38,524 bases of DNA from Candidatus Woesearchaeota archaeon (GCA_964435825.1 CAYTAB010000003.1:1-38524); one strand, 5' to 3'. Shown: positions 16,261 to 28,399, numbered from the stretch's first letter. Notes: generated by a model from the sequence alone, not told the origin. A program made the numbers and translations.

Positions 16261-18530
16261 ATTCCTCTGCTACCTTTTTTATAACAGATATTTTATATAA
16301 AAAAAATAACACAAATAAACTAATTCTATTTGGACGTAAAAAAAATCATGAAAAAATTATTTTAGAAGCAGAGTATAATCCATATTTCTGGATAAATACA
16401 AAAGAAATTGATTTTTTAGCTGAAAAAATAAATAAACTTGATGGTGTTGTGAAAGTTAGTTCTGAAAAAAAAGAAATTGATGGAAAGGGGGAAAAATTAT
16501 TAAAAATTGAATTTTCTTCTCCAGAAGCTCTTGTTGAAATAAAAAGAAAAATAAGAGAATGGCCAGAAATAATAGAAATCCGGGAGCATGATATTCCATT
16601 TGAAATTAGATATCTAATTGACAATAAACTTAAACAATTTTTTTTATGCAAAGCAGAATTAGAAAAAAATAAGATTATCTCAATAACAAGAAAAAAAGAA
16701 AGAATAATGCCCAGAATTTTAGCATATGATATTGAAACTGAATTTGAAAAAAGATTTCCTAATGCAAAAAAAGATAGAATTATTGCAATCTCCTACTATG
16801 GTTCTGGAAATTTTAAAAAAGTGGCGCTATGGAAAAGATATAAAACGCAAAAAAAATATGTTAAATTTGTTAATTCTGAAAAAGAATTGTTAAAAGACTT
16901 TGAAGCCACGATTAAACAATTTGACCCAGACATTATAGTAGGATATAATTCTGATAACTTTGATATGCCTTTTATAAAAGAAAGATTAAAACAAAACAAG
17001 GTTGAAATTAACCTAAATTGGATCTCAGATAAAACAAAAAAAATTGCAGGAATCTCTGAGTTAGATGCATATATTTCTATAAGAAAAATCCTGGGCCAAA
17101 ATCTTCGTACAAATAGATATGATTTAGATTCAGTTTCAAAAGAGTTGCTTGGACTTAAAAAATTAGATAAACAAATAATGCTAAACATTGCAAAATTATT
17201 AAAAAGCAGTTCAGATTCAGAATTTGAACAGTTCGTAGAGTATAATTTAAATGACTCTGTTCTTGCATTTAAATTACTTGAAAAAATCTTTCCAACTTTA
17301 ATTGAATTAAACTCACTAACCAACAGTTTAATTGAAGAATCTAGCAAAATGTCATATGGACAGCTTGTAGAATGGTTCTTAATAAATGAACACTATAATG
17401 CTGGAAAAATCATTCCAAATAAACCAAGCTATAGAGAAGTTATTGCTCGGGAAAGAAAAAGAGTAAAAGGTGCATATGTTTTTAAACCAAATGCTGGCTT
17501 ATATGAAGACCTGCACGTATTAGACTTCAGAAGCCTATACCCCTCTATTGTATGTGCACATAAAATTAGTCCAACAAAAACAGATTTTATTCCAAATCTA
17601 ATTAAAAAAGTTCTTGCTCAAAGAAAAAAAATAAAAAAAGAGATGAAGCAAAAATACTCAGAAGAATTGAATGCACAGCAGTTTGCACTAAAAACAATAG
17701 CAAATTCTTTTTATGGCTATTTAAGATATGGACAATCACGTTGGTATTCTTTTGAAAGTGCAGAAAAGATAACAAGCAAAGGTAGAAGTTATATTAAAAA
17801 GGTAATTTCTGAAGCTAAACAAGAAGGCTTTAATATCATCTACGGAGATACTGATTCTGTATTCTTAAATGGAAAACCCACAAACCAAGTTAAAAAATTT
17901 GTGAAAAAAATAAATGAGTCCTTGCCTAAAGAAATTGAACTTGAATATGAAAATCACTACAAAGTGGGTTTATTTTTAAGCAGAAAAAACGAATCTGGTG
18001 GAGCAAAAAAAAGATATGCTTTACTGGATGATGAAAATAAAGTTGAAATCAAGGGGTTAGAAGCAATAAGAGGTGACTGGTCAGAACTTGCAAAAAAAGT
18101 TCAAACCAGAGTTATTGAAAAGATATTAACTGAAAAAAAACCAGATTCAGCACTTGAATATGTAAGAAAAATAATCAAAGATATTGAAAAAAGAAATGTA
18201 AAAATAGAAGAATTAGTTATAAGAACCAGACTTCTTAAAGCGCTAAATCAATATAAATCGCGCGGACCACACATTTCAGCTGCTCAAAAATATGTTAAAC
18301 TTGGATACAAAATAAACCGCGGGTCTATGGTTGATTACATAGTTTGCAAAGGCAGTGGAAATATATCAAACAGAATAAAACTTGGATTTGAAGCAAGTTT
18401 GGAAGATTATGATCCTGAATATTATATAAATCAACAAGTAATACGTGTTGTTTTTAAAATCTTTGAATTATTTAACATTCCATTAAAAGAAATTACAAAA
18501 AGTCAGACTTCTCTTGAAAAATGGAACTAA
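16257..18530 (+). CDS. polB: Family B DNA polymerase
   Basis: Exo I AYDIETE, Exo II GYNSDNFDMPF, Exo III YNLNDS, Pol A DFRSLYPSI, Pol B KTIANSFYGY, Pol C YGDTDS, KKRY motif GAKKRYAL. No intein. Confidence 0.95.
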   Translation: MNSSATFFITDILYKKNNTNKLILFGRKKNHEKIILEAEYNPYFWINTKEIDFLAEKINKLDGVVKVSSEKKEIDGKGEKLLKIEFSSPEALVEIKRKIREWPEIIEIREHDIPFEIRYLIDNKLKQFFLCKAELEKNKIISITRKKERIMPRILAYDIETEFEKRFPNAKKDRIIAISYYGSGNFKKVALWKRYKTQKKYVKFVNSEKELLKDFEATIKQFDPDIIVGYNSDNFDMPFIKERLKQNKVEINLNWISDKTKKIAGISELDAYISIRKILGQNLRTNRYDLDSVSKELLGLKKLDKQIMLNIAKLLKSSSDSEFEQFVEYNLNDSVLAFKLLEKIFPTLIELNSLTNSLIEESSKMSYGQLVEWFLINEHYNAGKIIPNKPSYREVIARERKRVKGAYVFKPNAGLYEDLHVLDFRSLYPSIVCAHKISPTKTDFIPNLIKKVLAQRKKIKKEMKQKYSEELNAQQFALKTIANSFYGYLRYGQSRWYSFESAEKITSKGRSYIKKVISEAKQEGFNIIYGDTDSVFLNGKPTNQVKKFVKKINESLPKEIELEYENHYKVGLFLSRKNESGGAKKRYALLDDENKVEIKGLEAIRGDWSELAKKVQTRVIEKILTEKKPDSALEYVRKIIKDIEKRNVKIEELVIRTRLLKALNQYKSRGPHISAAQKYVKLGYKINRGSMVDYIVCKGSGNISNRIKLGFEASLEDYDPEYYINQQVIRVVFKIFELFNIPLKEITKSQTSLEKWN

Positions 18531-18563
18531 AAGTTTATATTAATAAATAGAAATACAAAAATA

Positions 18564-19448
18564 ATGGAAGATTTTTCAGACTTCATTAAAGCTGGAAAAG
18601 TATCTGCTCAAGCAAAAAGATATGGTGCATCTCTCATAAAAGAAGGGGCAAGAGCATTTGATATTGCAGAAAAAGTAGAAGAATTTATTCTAAAAAAGGG
18701 CTGTGGTTTGTCTTTTCCTGTTGATGTATCTATTAATGAAATTGCAGCTCATTATACGCCAACAACAAATGATTCACTAGTATTAAAAAAAGGTGATTTA
18801 GTAAAATTAGATTTAGGTGCGCAATACAATGGTGCAGTAACTGATTGCGCAATTTCAGTATCAATTGGAAAATCAAGCATAAATAACAATTTAATAAAAG
18901 CTGCAAAAGAAGCACACACTGCTGCAGCGAAATTAGCAAAACCCGGAGTCAATACTGCAAAACTCGGTGCAGAGATACAAAAAATAATTGAAAGTTATGG
19001 ATTTAAATCAATCAAAAACTTGTCAGGTCATGGTGTTGGAAGATATATTGTACACACAATTCCAACAATTCCAAATTATGCTGCAAAAGAGGGACAATAC
19101 TTGCGCAAAGGAGACATTATTGCAATAGAGCCTTTTCCAACAACAGGCGAAGGATTAATTTATGAAAGCAAAGGCTCTGAAGTTTATGAAGTGATTTCAA
19201 ATAAACCTGTACGCGCTTACAGAGACATTCTAGAATATATAAAAACCACGTTCAAAGGTCTTCCTTTTGCAAAAAGACAAATTGCAAAAAAATTCGGTTT
19301 AACAAAAACAAACATTGCAATAATCTCTTTCAAAAATCAAGGAATAATAACTGAATATGGAATTCTTAAAGAACGCGCAAAAGGTAAAGTTGCTCAATGG
19401 GAAAATACAATAATTGTTTCTGAAAAACCAAAAACAATAACTGACTGA
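18564..19448 (+). CDS. map: Methionine aminopeptidase, type 2 (archaeal)
   Basis: AAHYTP, GDLVKLDLGAQYNGAVTDCA, SGHGVGRY.VH, AIEPF and the QWENTI metal-ligand context. Confidence 0.9.
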   Translation: MEDFSDFIKAGKVSAQAKRYGASLIKEGARAFDIAEKVEEFILKKGCGLSFPVDVSINEIAAHYTPTTNDSLVLKKGDLVKLDLGAQYNGAVTDCAISVSIGKSSINNNLIKAAKEAHTAAAKLAKPGVNTAKLGAEIQKIIESYGFKSIKNLSGHGVGRYIVHTIPTIPNYAAKEGQYLRKGDIIAIEPFPTTGEGLIYESKGSEVYEVISNKPVRAYRDILEYIKTTFKGLPFAKRQIAKKFGLTKTNIAIISFKNQGIITEYGILKERAKGKVAQWENTIIVSEKPKTITD

Positions 19449-19488
19449 GAAGCAAAATCATTATATAAATAAAAAGTAAAGTCTAATT

Positions 19489-19746
19489 ATGCAGGATAAA
19501 AAACTTATTAAAATTGCAAAAAAACGAGTAAAATTTAAAGAGCATCTTGCAATCTTCTTAATAATTAACATTATAATTTGGATATTAAATATCTGGATAA
19601 ATTTTAGTGCAAATCTGCATTCATATTGGGCAGCAATACTGACAATTGGGTGGGGTATTGGTCTTTCACTACATTTTACAAAAACATATTTCTATGATGA
19701 AGATGCTGCAATTAAAAAAGAGTATAAAAAATTAAAAACAAAATGA
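19489..19746 (+). CDS. 2TM-domain small membrane protein
   Basis: AKKRVKFKEHLAIFLIINIIIWILN...YWAAILTIGWGIGLSLHF matches the 2TM-domain pattern (KRV.....HL..Y...N / W...GWGIGL..H). Its stop overlaps the next ATG (ATGA at 19743-19746). Confidence 0.6.
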   Translation: MQDKKLIKIAKKRVKFKEHLAIFLIINIIIWILNIWINFSANLHSYWAAILTIGWGIGLSLHFTKTYFYDEDAAIKKEYKKLKTK

Positions 19747-20870
19747 AAATAAAAAAAATAATTGTCATATTAATTGCAATACTTGCAGTTAGCAGTCTAT
19801 TCTTATATCTTGCAAGTCATCGTTCAAATAAAGATATTGAACAGGAATCAATTGAAAAAAATATAACTGAAGAAAAAAATATAACTACACCAGTTCATAA
19901 AAATTTAGCTGAACAATTAACTGAAAATCCACTTAAAGGTGTTGTTATGACTCCAGAGCGGATAAGTTCTTCAAGTTTAAAACAATTAAAAAATTATGGC
20001 GCAGAACTGATTTATTTGGAGATTAAAGATTTCTGGAGCCAAGAAGAACCATATATCCCAAATAAAAAAATTGCTGAACTTCTTGAAAATGCATTAAAAA
20101 AAACAGATGAACAAAAAATTAAAGTAATAATTGTTCCACTAACTGGTCCTGGAAAAGGAGAAGATAATTATGAAGTTTTCACTAGAACTCGCGCAAAAGA
20201 AGGTTGGGAAATGATGCTCCAAGATTTAATTAGCCAAACAAAAGACCATAAGTCCATAATTGGTTGGTCAATTATGGGTGAACCAAATGCAGAAATTTAT
20301 TTTCTTGAAGAAGATTCAGATGACTTTGAAAAATCTGGAAAAATCTGGAATGAATTAATTAATAGATATGCAAAAATAATCAGACAAGAATCAAATAAAT
20401 TAATTGTAATATCTCCACTTGGTTCTGGTAAAATAAGTGGTTTATCAAATCTGGAAACAATTAATGATGAAAATGTAGCTTATGCAGTCAAGTTTTTTTA
20501 TCCTGAAAAATACACTTTAAGGCAGGAACCTCCATTTGAATACAGCTATGAGCAAAATGCAGAAAAAAAATCCTACTCTAAAGAAGACCTTGAAAAAGAA
20601 ATCTCGCCTTTAATTGATTTTAAAAACAAAAACAATGTTCCAATAATAATTGGCGGGTTTGGTGGAGTAAGATATGTTCCTAATTTAGATACCTATTTAA
20701 AAGACATTTTAGAGATATTTGACAAAAACAAATTAAGCCATGCATATTATGGATGGAACAGCGAAAATCCTGCATTTAGAATTGAATTTGGTGAAAATCC
20801 TTACAACCGCGAACTAAAGGAAAATTCTCCATTATTTAAAACACTTTTAGACTCTTGGTCCAAAGACTAG
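19743..20870 (+). CDS. Membrane-anchored GH5-like (TIM-barrel glycoside hydrolase-like) protein
   Basis: N-terminal TM segment IIVILIAILAVSSLFLYL. IIGWSIMGEPN resembles the GH5 NEP acid/base strand. PIIIGGFGG sits where the GH5 GEFG nucleophile strand is expected. YYGWNS resembles the final W strand. Confidence 0.5.
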   Translation: MKIKKIIVILIAILAVSSLFLYLASHRSNKDIEQESIEKNITEEKNITTPVHKNLAEQLTENPLKGVVMTPERISSSSLKQLKNYGAELIYLEIKDFWSQEEPYIPNKKIAELLENALKKTDEQKIKVIIVPLTGPGKGEDNYEVFTRTRAKEGWEMMLQDLISQTKDHKSIIGWSIMGEPNAEIYFLEEDSDDFEKSGKIWNELINRYAKIIRQESNKLIVISPLGSGKISGLSNLETINDENVAYAVKFFYPEKYTLRQEPPFEYSYEQNAEKKSYSKEDLEKEISPLIDFKNKNNVPIIIGGFGGVRYVPNLDTYLKDILEIFDKNKLSHAYYGWNSENPAFRIEFGENPYNRELKENSPLFKTLLDSWSKD

Positions 20871-20927
20871 TGGCTTCCACTCGACAGTTTTTAAACTTTT
20901 TGCAACATATTATTAAATATATTATTT

Positions 20928-23294
<2,367 letters not shown>

Positions 23295-23807
23295 TTAAAT
23301 AAAGCCAATTACTGAAAGAAGACTTAAGATAATAACTCCTAAGAAAAAAGTAACTGCATTTGCAGCTAAAGTAATAACTAAAACCATATCATCTTTAATT
23401 TGTTTTTTTAATACTTTTTCTTTAAACAAATGAGCAAACTGCCATCTAAATAGAAAAAACTCTGCTATAAATGGAAAAAACTCTGCAAAATAGTGGAAAT
23501 TCTGGAAAAAATAACCCTTAAAAGTCATCTGCAAAAGAACAAGTGCAAGAATTTGAGTTATTGGAAAAACTATCAGGTTAATTAATAAAACAACTTTAAA
23601 CAACTCAATTTTTTTCCTAACAATATGTCTTAAAAAAAGATAAACAATTACAAATTCAATTGCAACAAACAAAGCAAAAATCAATATACTCCCAACCATA
23701 ATAATAAAAATTGTAGTATTTATTGTTGGCTCAATTGCAACTAACTTAGCATAAACTGGATATAAAAGTGACGCCAGTGCAATAAGAAAAAGCATCAATT
23801 TTCTCAT
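23295..23807 (-). CDS. Hypothetical multi-pass membrane protein
   Basis: ATG start and about five hydrophobic segments. No family recognised. Confidence 0.45.
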   Translation of the reverse strand: MRKLMLFLIALASLLYPVYAKLVAIEPTINTTIFIIMVGSILIFALFVAIEFVIVYLFLRHIVRKKIELFKVVLLINLIVFPITQILALVLLQMTFKGYFFQNFHYFAEFFPFIAEFFLFRWQFAHLFKEKVLKKQIKDDMVLVITLAANAVTFFLGVIILSLLSVIGFI

Positions 23808-23845
23808 AAAAATAAAAGAATTTAGTGGATTATATACTTTTTGAA

Positions 23846-24274
23846 TTAAAAGAACAAAATCAGAAAAGCAAGAATTATAATAATTAATAATTCAATAACT
23901 CCGCCACTATGAAGTCTGCCGCGAATCCTAAAGTTTAAAGGATAAAAAGGTCTTATACCTTCAAGTGTAATCATATCTCCAATGAGATGGGAAAAAAATC
24001 CCAATGCAAACCCAAAAAATAATGAAAAAAGACTATTAAAAAAAATTCCAAGTAAAACAGCTAAAAAAAGAATATATACTGAATGCAAAATTCCTCTATG
24101 CTTTAAAAAACCAATCCTCAAATCAAAATCTGGAAAAAGACTTCCAAATAATAATCCTGCTGAAAATAAAATCTTTGAAAGTAACAAAACACCAAACTCT
24201 GGAAAGATTCTTAAAAAAATCAGACCAATTGCAAGTGCAAATAAAATATGTGTTTTACCATTCATAACAATCAT
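23846..24274 (-). CDS. Membrane-bound metal-dependent hydrolase (DUF457/YdjM-like)
   Basis: KTHILFALAIG, SLFPDFD, HRGILHS, SHLIGDM. The track start (24283) is TTG. ATGs occur at 24274 and 24265, so the start is ambiguous. Confidence 0.65.
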   Translation of the reverse strand: MIVMNGKTHILFALAIGLIFLRIFPEFGVLLLSKILFSAGLLFGSLFPDFDLRIGFLKHRGILHSVYILFLAVLLGIFFNSLFSLFFGFALGFFSHLIGDMITLEGIRPFYPLNFRIRGRLHSGGVIELLIIIILAFLILFF

Positions 24275-24292
24275 TAATTCCAAACTTATTAA

Positions 24293-24706
24293 TTATTTTT
24301 TCTTTTGATAAATTGCTAAAAAAATTTCCTCTTTTGGATAAAACCTTGAAGCATTTACTACATAAGAGTCTCCTGCATAAATAAATTGACCATTATGAAC
24401 ATCAACCTTCTGCTCCTGACTCAAAGGTAATGCAAAAATAGAAGGTCCTCCTTCAAAAGGTTGAGCACCAACACTTAAATCATAACAATCAGAATTCTTA
24501 TAAACTAAAGAAATTGTTTTAAAAAGCGAAAATTCATTTCCAGCCAACAAAGAGCGTCTTATAATAAAAGGAATTTTTTTACCTAAATTAACTTGTTCAG
24601 AAATTTCAGAAATCGACCAACTAGTTGGAAATTCCAATAAAGAAAAATCAACAACAAGTTTAAACAAATGTGAAATTGGTTTCTTAAGTTCGTTTTCCTC
24701 TGACAT
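24293..24706 (-). CDS. Hypothetical protein (137 aa)
   Basis: ATG-initiated ORF, co-oriented with the upstream 79-aa ORF and overlapping it by 23 nt. No family recognised. Confidence 0.45.
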   Translation of the reverse strand: MSEENELKKPISHLFKLVVDFSLLEFPTSWSISEISEQVNLGKKIPFIIRRSLLAGNEFSLFKTISLVYKNSDCYDLSVGAQPFEGGPSIFALPLSQEQKVDVHNGQFIYAGDSYVVNASRFYPKEEIFLAIYQKKK

Positions 24707-24923
24707 TCTTTGCTGTTATAAGCATATCTGGGGCTCTTTCTAATGCAAATTCCTCTGCAAGATTTTCAAATCCATATTCTAAAAAAAGCCTTACAATATC
24801 TCTTGCAGCCTCCTTATCTTTTTTAGATCGAATCTTACGCATATATTCTGCTTTCTTTTTCTTGACATAATCTCTGCTATTATACTCTTTCATATACTGC
24901 TTTTTACGTTCAGAGACTGCCAT
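24684..24923 (-). CDS. Hypothetical small basic protein (79 aa)
   Basis: ATG start. Lys/Arg-rich N-half (KKQYMKEYNSRDYVKKKKAEYMRKIRSKKDK). Divergent from radB across a 58-nt AT-rich spacer. Confidence 0.4.
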   Translation of the reverse strand: MAVSERKKQYMKEYNSRDYVKKKKAEYMRKIRSKKDKEAARDIVRLFLEYGFENLAEEFALERAPDMLITAKNVRGKRT

Positions 24924-24981
24924 TATAATATATAATGATATAAATAAAGTATTTAATAGTTATGCTTTCAAACAATACAAT

Positions 24982-25674
24982 ATGAACAAACTAAAGACCA
25001 ATTGTAAACCTTTGGATAATCTTCTTAATGGAGGTTTAGAATCAGGTATTATCACTACAATTTATGGTCCTGCTGGTTCTGGAAAATCAAACATAGCAAT
25101 AATTGCTGCAGCAAATATCTCAAAAACTGGAAATATCATCTTTGTAGATACTGAAAGTTCAATGTCTCTGGAAAGATACAAACAAATATCTGGAAATGAA
25201 AAATTAAAAAACATTGAATTAATTGAACCTGCAGAATTTGAAGACCAAAAAAAAGCAATTAGAAGCCTAAGAGAACTAGTTAAAGAAAAAGAAATAAAAT
25301 TAATAATAATTGATTCACTTACTATGCTTTATCGTCTGGAACTTTCCCAAAAACCTGAAGAAATAAATTTTGAATTAACTAAACAATTATCAATATTATC
25401 TTCAATTGCAAGACGAAAAAACATTCCAATTTTAGTAACAAATCAAGTATATGCTGATTTTGAAAAGCGGGATAATATTAAGATGGTTGGAGGAGATATC
25501 TTAAAATATTGGAGTAAATGCATTATACGTCTAGACAAAAAGGAGAGTGTTAGAAAAGCAACATTAATCAAACACCGTTCACTACCTGAAAACAGATTTT
25601 TTTTCTTTAAAATAACTAACGAGGGCTTAGAAGAAATAAATGAAATTGATAAAAAAATAAATGTTTTCAATTAA
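24982..25674 (+). CDS. radB: RadB recombinase paralog (RecA/RadA family, no N-terminal HhH domain)
   Basis: Walker A GPAGSGKS, Walker B LIIIDSLT, and a 230-aa size typical of RadB. Confidence 0.85.
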   Translation: MNKLKTNCKPLDNLLNGGLESGIITTIYGPAGSGKSNIAIIAAANISKTGNIIFVDTESSMSLERYKQISGNEKLKNIELIEPAEFEDQKKAIRSLRELVKEKEIKLIIIDSLTMLYRLELSQKPEEINFELTKQLSILSSIARRKNIPILVTNQVYADFEKRDNIKMVGGDILKYWSKCIIRLDKKESVRKATLIKHRSLPENRFFFFKITNEGLEEINEIDKKINVFN

Positions 25675-27695
25675 CTTAGTTCTGACTTAGATTTACAATA
25701 AGGGTTTGGGCATAAAATCCATGGTTTTTTCCTTGGTTTTAAAATCATTATCATTCTTGAACCACATTCTGAGCAGGTTTTATCAAGAAACTCCAGTTTG
25801 CCATTTTGAGGCAAAGGCCAAGTGTTCTTGCATTCAGGATATAAGTTACAAGCTAAAAATCTTTTTCCAGTTTTGTGTGAAAAACGAACAGTCATCATTC
25901 CCTTATTACACTTTGGGCATTTCATAAGTTCAGTTTGTTCTTTTATAACTTCCTTAAATTCTTCATATAACTCAGAACCTAGCTCCTTTCTATGTTGTTT
26001 AATCTCATGATAAATATCAGTAACAGTTTTTTGTGCCTTTTTTAAAACTGCTTGAGGTTTTAATTTTAGCTCGCGTATCTTATCCATATCATTTTCAAAT
26101 CTCTTTGTTAAATCTGGACTTAAAATTGAAGGAGCATATTTCATTAAAGACGAACAAACTTTCAATCCTAAATCTGTAACTTCAATACTTTTTCCAGATA
26201 AATATTTTCTCTCAAAAAGAGTTTCAATAATATTTGCACGCGTTGCTTTTGTTCCAAGATTAAGCTTTTCAAGTTTATGTATTATTGAAGCAGGAGTATA
26301 TCTTCGAGGAGGTTTTGTTTTTTTAGCTTCAAGTAAAGGCTTATGCTTAAATGCCTTTCCTTTTTCAACCTTGGGAATTTCTTCTTCCTCTTTTTTTGAA
26401 TATGGAAAATACCATTTCATCCAGCCTTCTTTTGTAGTTCTGGTTCCAGAAACATGAAATTCAAGTGAATTAATATCAAAAATAAGTTTATCAGTTGTTC
26501 TCTCACCTGCAGTTCCAAAAACTGAAAAAAAGCGTTTTACAATCAAATCATATAATTTGCGTTCATCTTTTGTTAATGATTTTGGCAATAAACCTGTTGG
26601 AAAAATTGCAGGATGAGCAGAGTCTGTTTTTTTTCCTTCATTTGGTTTTAATGAAGTCTTTAAAACCTCATCAACAAGCAGTTTATAGGAAGACTGATTT
26701 CTAAGATTCTTAAGAATTTTTCTAAAACCTATTTTTGCAGGCAATTTCTGGCTACTTGTTCGTGGATAGGAAATATATGCTCGAGTATATAATTCCTGAG
26801 CAACTTGCAATGTTCTTTTTGGACTAAACCCAAAAACCCGATAAGCTTCCATTTGTAAAGAAGTTAAATCAAAGGGGAACGGTGGAAAAACTCTTTGTTT
26901 TGAATGAGTTATTTTTGTTACAATTGCATTTTTTTTAGAAGATTTTTCAAACAACTTTTTTGCTTCATCTTTATTCCATATCTCATTTCCACTATATTCT
27001 GCTAAAAAAGTTTTATTTTTAATTAAGATTTCAGAAGTTAAATCCCAATATGGTTTTGGCTTAAATTTCTTAATTTCTTGCTCTCTTTCAGAAAGAATAG
27101 CTAAAGCAGGACCTTGCACTCGTCCAATACTTAATAAAATATGCTTGTTTGTTGCAACAGCAACTGCTTTGCTAAGTGCTTGGGACAAATTAATACCATA
27201 AAACCAATCAAGATGATGCCGAGTCTCACCTGCATATGCTTGTCCCCAGTCAAGACTTTTCTGTCTTTTCTGATAAGCTTCTTTTAAATCAGAAGCAGTA
27301 AGTGTTGAGAACTTCATCCTTGAAGCATTTTCTTTTCCAAAAATAAACCGCATAATATTTAATCCAATTACCTCTCCTTCAATATCATAATCTGTAGCAA
27401 TTATTAATTCATCTGCCTTATTTGAAATTTTTTTAATTGCATCAAAATATTTTTTAGAAAATCTGCCTTGCTTTGAAACATATGTTGGTTCCCATTCTAA
27501 ATCAAAAGTAGGGTATCTTGCTCTTTTTTTCTTAGAAAGAGTAAAAAGATGACCAACTGCGCAAACAACAAATATTGAATTTTTTTTATCTGAAAAATAA
27601 TTAACACCTCTAAGCTTATGAATTTGATCTGCACCAAGAGCAGATGCAATTTTACTTGCAGCACTTGGTTTCTCTGCCAGAATTACTTGAGCCAT
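25671..27695 (-). CDS. topA: Type IA DNA topoisomerase (TopA / Topo III-like) with C-terminal zinc ribbons
   Basis: TOPRIM VILAEKPS and DYDIEGE. Active-site YISYPRTSSQ. C-terminal CPKC...C..YPEC and CSEC...CPNPYC. The track start (27716) is TTG, so I use the ATG at 27695 (MAQVILAEKPS). Confidence 0.92.
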   Translation of the reverse strand: MAQVILAEKPSAASKIASALGADQIHKLRGVNYFSDKKNSIFVVCAVGHLFTLSKKKRARYPTFDLEWEPTYVSKQGRFSKKYFDAIKKISNKADELIIATDYDIEGEVIGLNIMRFIFGKENASRMKFSTLTASDLKEAYQKRQKSLDWGQAYAGETRHHLDWFYGINLSQALSKAVAVATNKHILLSIGRVQGPALAILSEREQEIKKFKPKPYWDLTSEILIKNKTFLAEYSGNEIWNKDEAKKLFEKSSKKNAIVTKITHSKQRVFPPFPFDLTSLQMEAYRVFGFSPKRTLQVAQELYTRAYISYPRTSSQKLPAKIGFRKILKNLRNQSSYKLLVDEVLKTSLKPNEGKKTDSAHPAIFPTGLLPKSLTKDERKLYDLIVKRFFSVFGTAGERTTDKLIFDINSLEFHVSGTRTTKEGWMKWYFPYSKKEEEEIPKVEKGKAFKHKPLLEAKKTKPPRRYTPASIIHKLEKLNLGTKATRANIIETLFERKYLSGKSIEVTDLGLKVCSSLMKYAPSILSPDLTKRFENDMDKIRELKLKPQAVLKKAQKTVTDIYHEIKQHRKELGSELYEEFKEVIKEQTELMKCPKCNKGMMTVRFSHKTGKRFLACNLYPECKNTWPLPQNGKLEFLDKTCSECGSRMIMILKPRKKPWILCPNPYCKSKSELS

Positions 27696-27773
27696 TAAAA
27701 GCTCTAAAAAAAGCAATATTTAAAATAGTTTTGAAATCAAATTACGTAAAAGTATAAAAAACAGGTTACTGAA

Positions 27774-28373
27774 CTAGATATTAATAACAATTCCCTCTTT
27801 TCCAACACAAATCAATTTTGTATTTCCAATAACTTCCTCAATTCCTGCAGCCTCATGCATATGTGAAAAAACTGCAAAATCTGGTTTAAATTCATCAATT
27901 GCCTTTCGCAGAGATTGATTTCCTCTTGCAAATGTAATTTTCTCAACTAATGATTTTGCAGGAAAATCATGAGTTATCATAATCTTCTTTTTATTTGATT
28001 TAATTTTTGAAAAGCTCTTTTCAAGCAAAGAAAACATCTCTTTCTCAGTACTGATATTTGGTCCAATATTTGCCCCACCTGCGCCAAAAATCGCTACATC
28101 TCCAAAATCAAAATAATAACCATGTAAAGAATAAACTCCATATTTTTTAACAACAAAATCTGTTGTTGCCAAAGACTCATGGTTTCCAGGAACAATAAAA
28201 ATCTTCTTTCCACTATCTTTCAAAATCTTAAAAGTTCCCTTTGTCAGATAATCAAAATATGTAAAATCTCCTGAAAGAATAATTGCATCAACTTCTTCTT
28301 TTTTTGCTTTTTCAGCAAGATGTTTAAGACTATTTAAATCTCCATGAACATCTCCAGCAATTAAAAATTTCAT
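27774..28373 (-). CDS. Calcineurin-like metallophosphoesterase
   Basis: MKFLIAGDVHGD, SGDF, GNHE, THDFP, SHMHE. Confidence 0.85.
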   Translation of the reverse strand: MKFLIAGDVHGDLNSLKHLAEKAKKEEVDAIILSGDFTYFDYLTKGTFKILKDSGKKIFIVPGNHESLATTDFVVKKYGVYSLHGYYFDFGDVAIFGAGGANIGPNISTEKEMFSLLEKSFSKIKSNKKKIMITHDFPAKSLVEKITFARGNQSLRKAIDEFKPDFAVFSHMHEAAGIEEVIGNTKLICVGKEGIVINI

Positions 28374-28399
28374 ATTATTTAATTTCCCGACTATCTTTA

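Noticed and set aside
16346-17347. Antisense ORFs 16346-16651 and 16796-17347 (183 aa) inside polB
   Set aside because: polB motifs are intact on the plus strand. The long antisense frame is F/S/L/N-rich and arises from the Lys/Glu-rich sense frame, and it has no recognisable domain.
23982-24308. 108-aa plus-strand ORF opposite the DUF457-like gene
   Set aside because: It is a Lys/Asn-rich antisense shadow of a hydrophobic membrane-protein frame that has His/Asp metal-ligand motifs.
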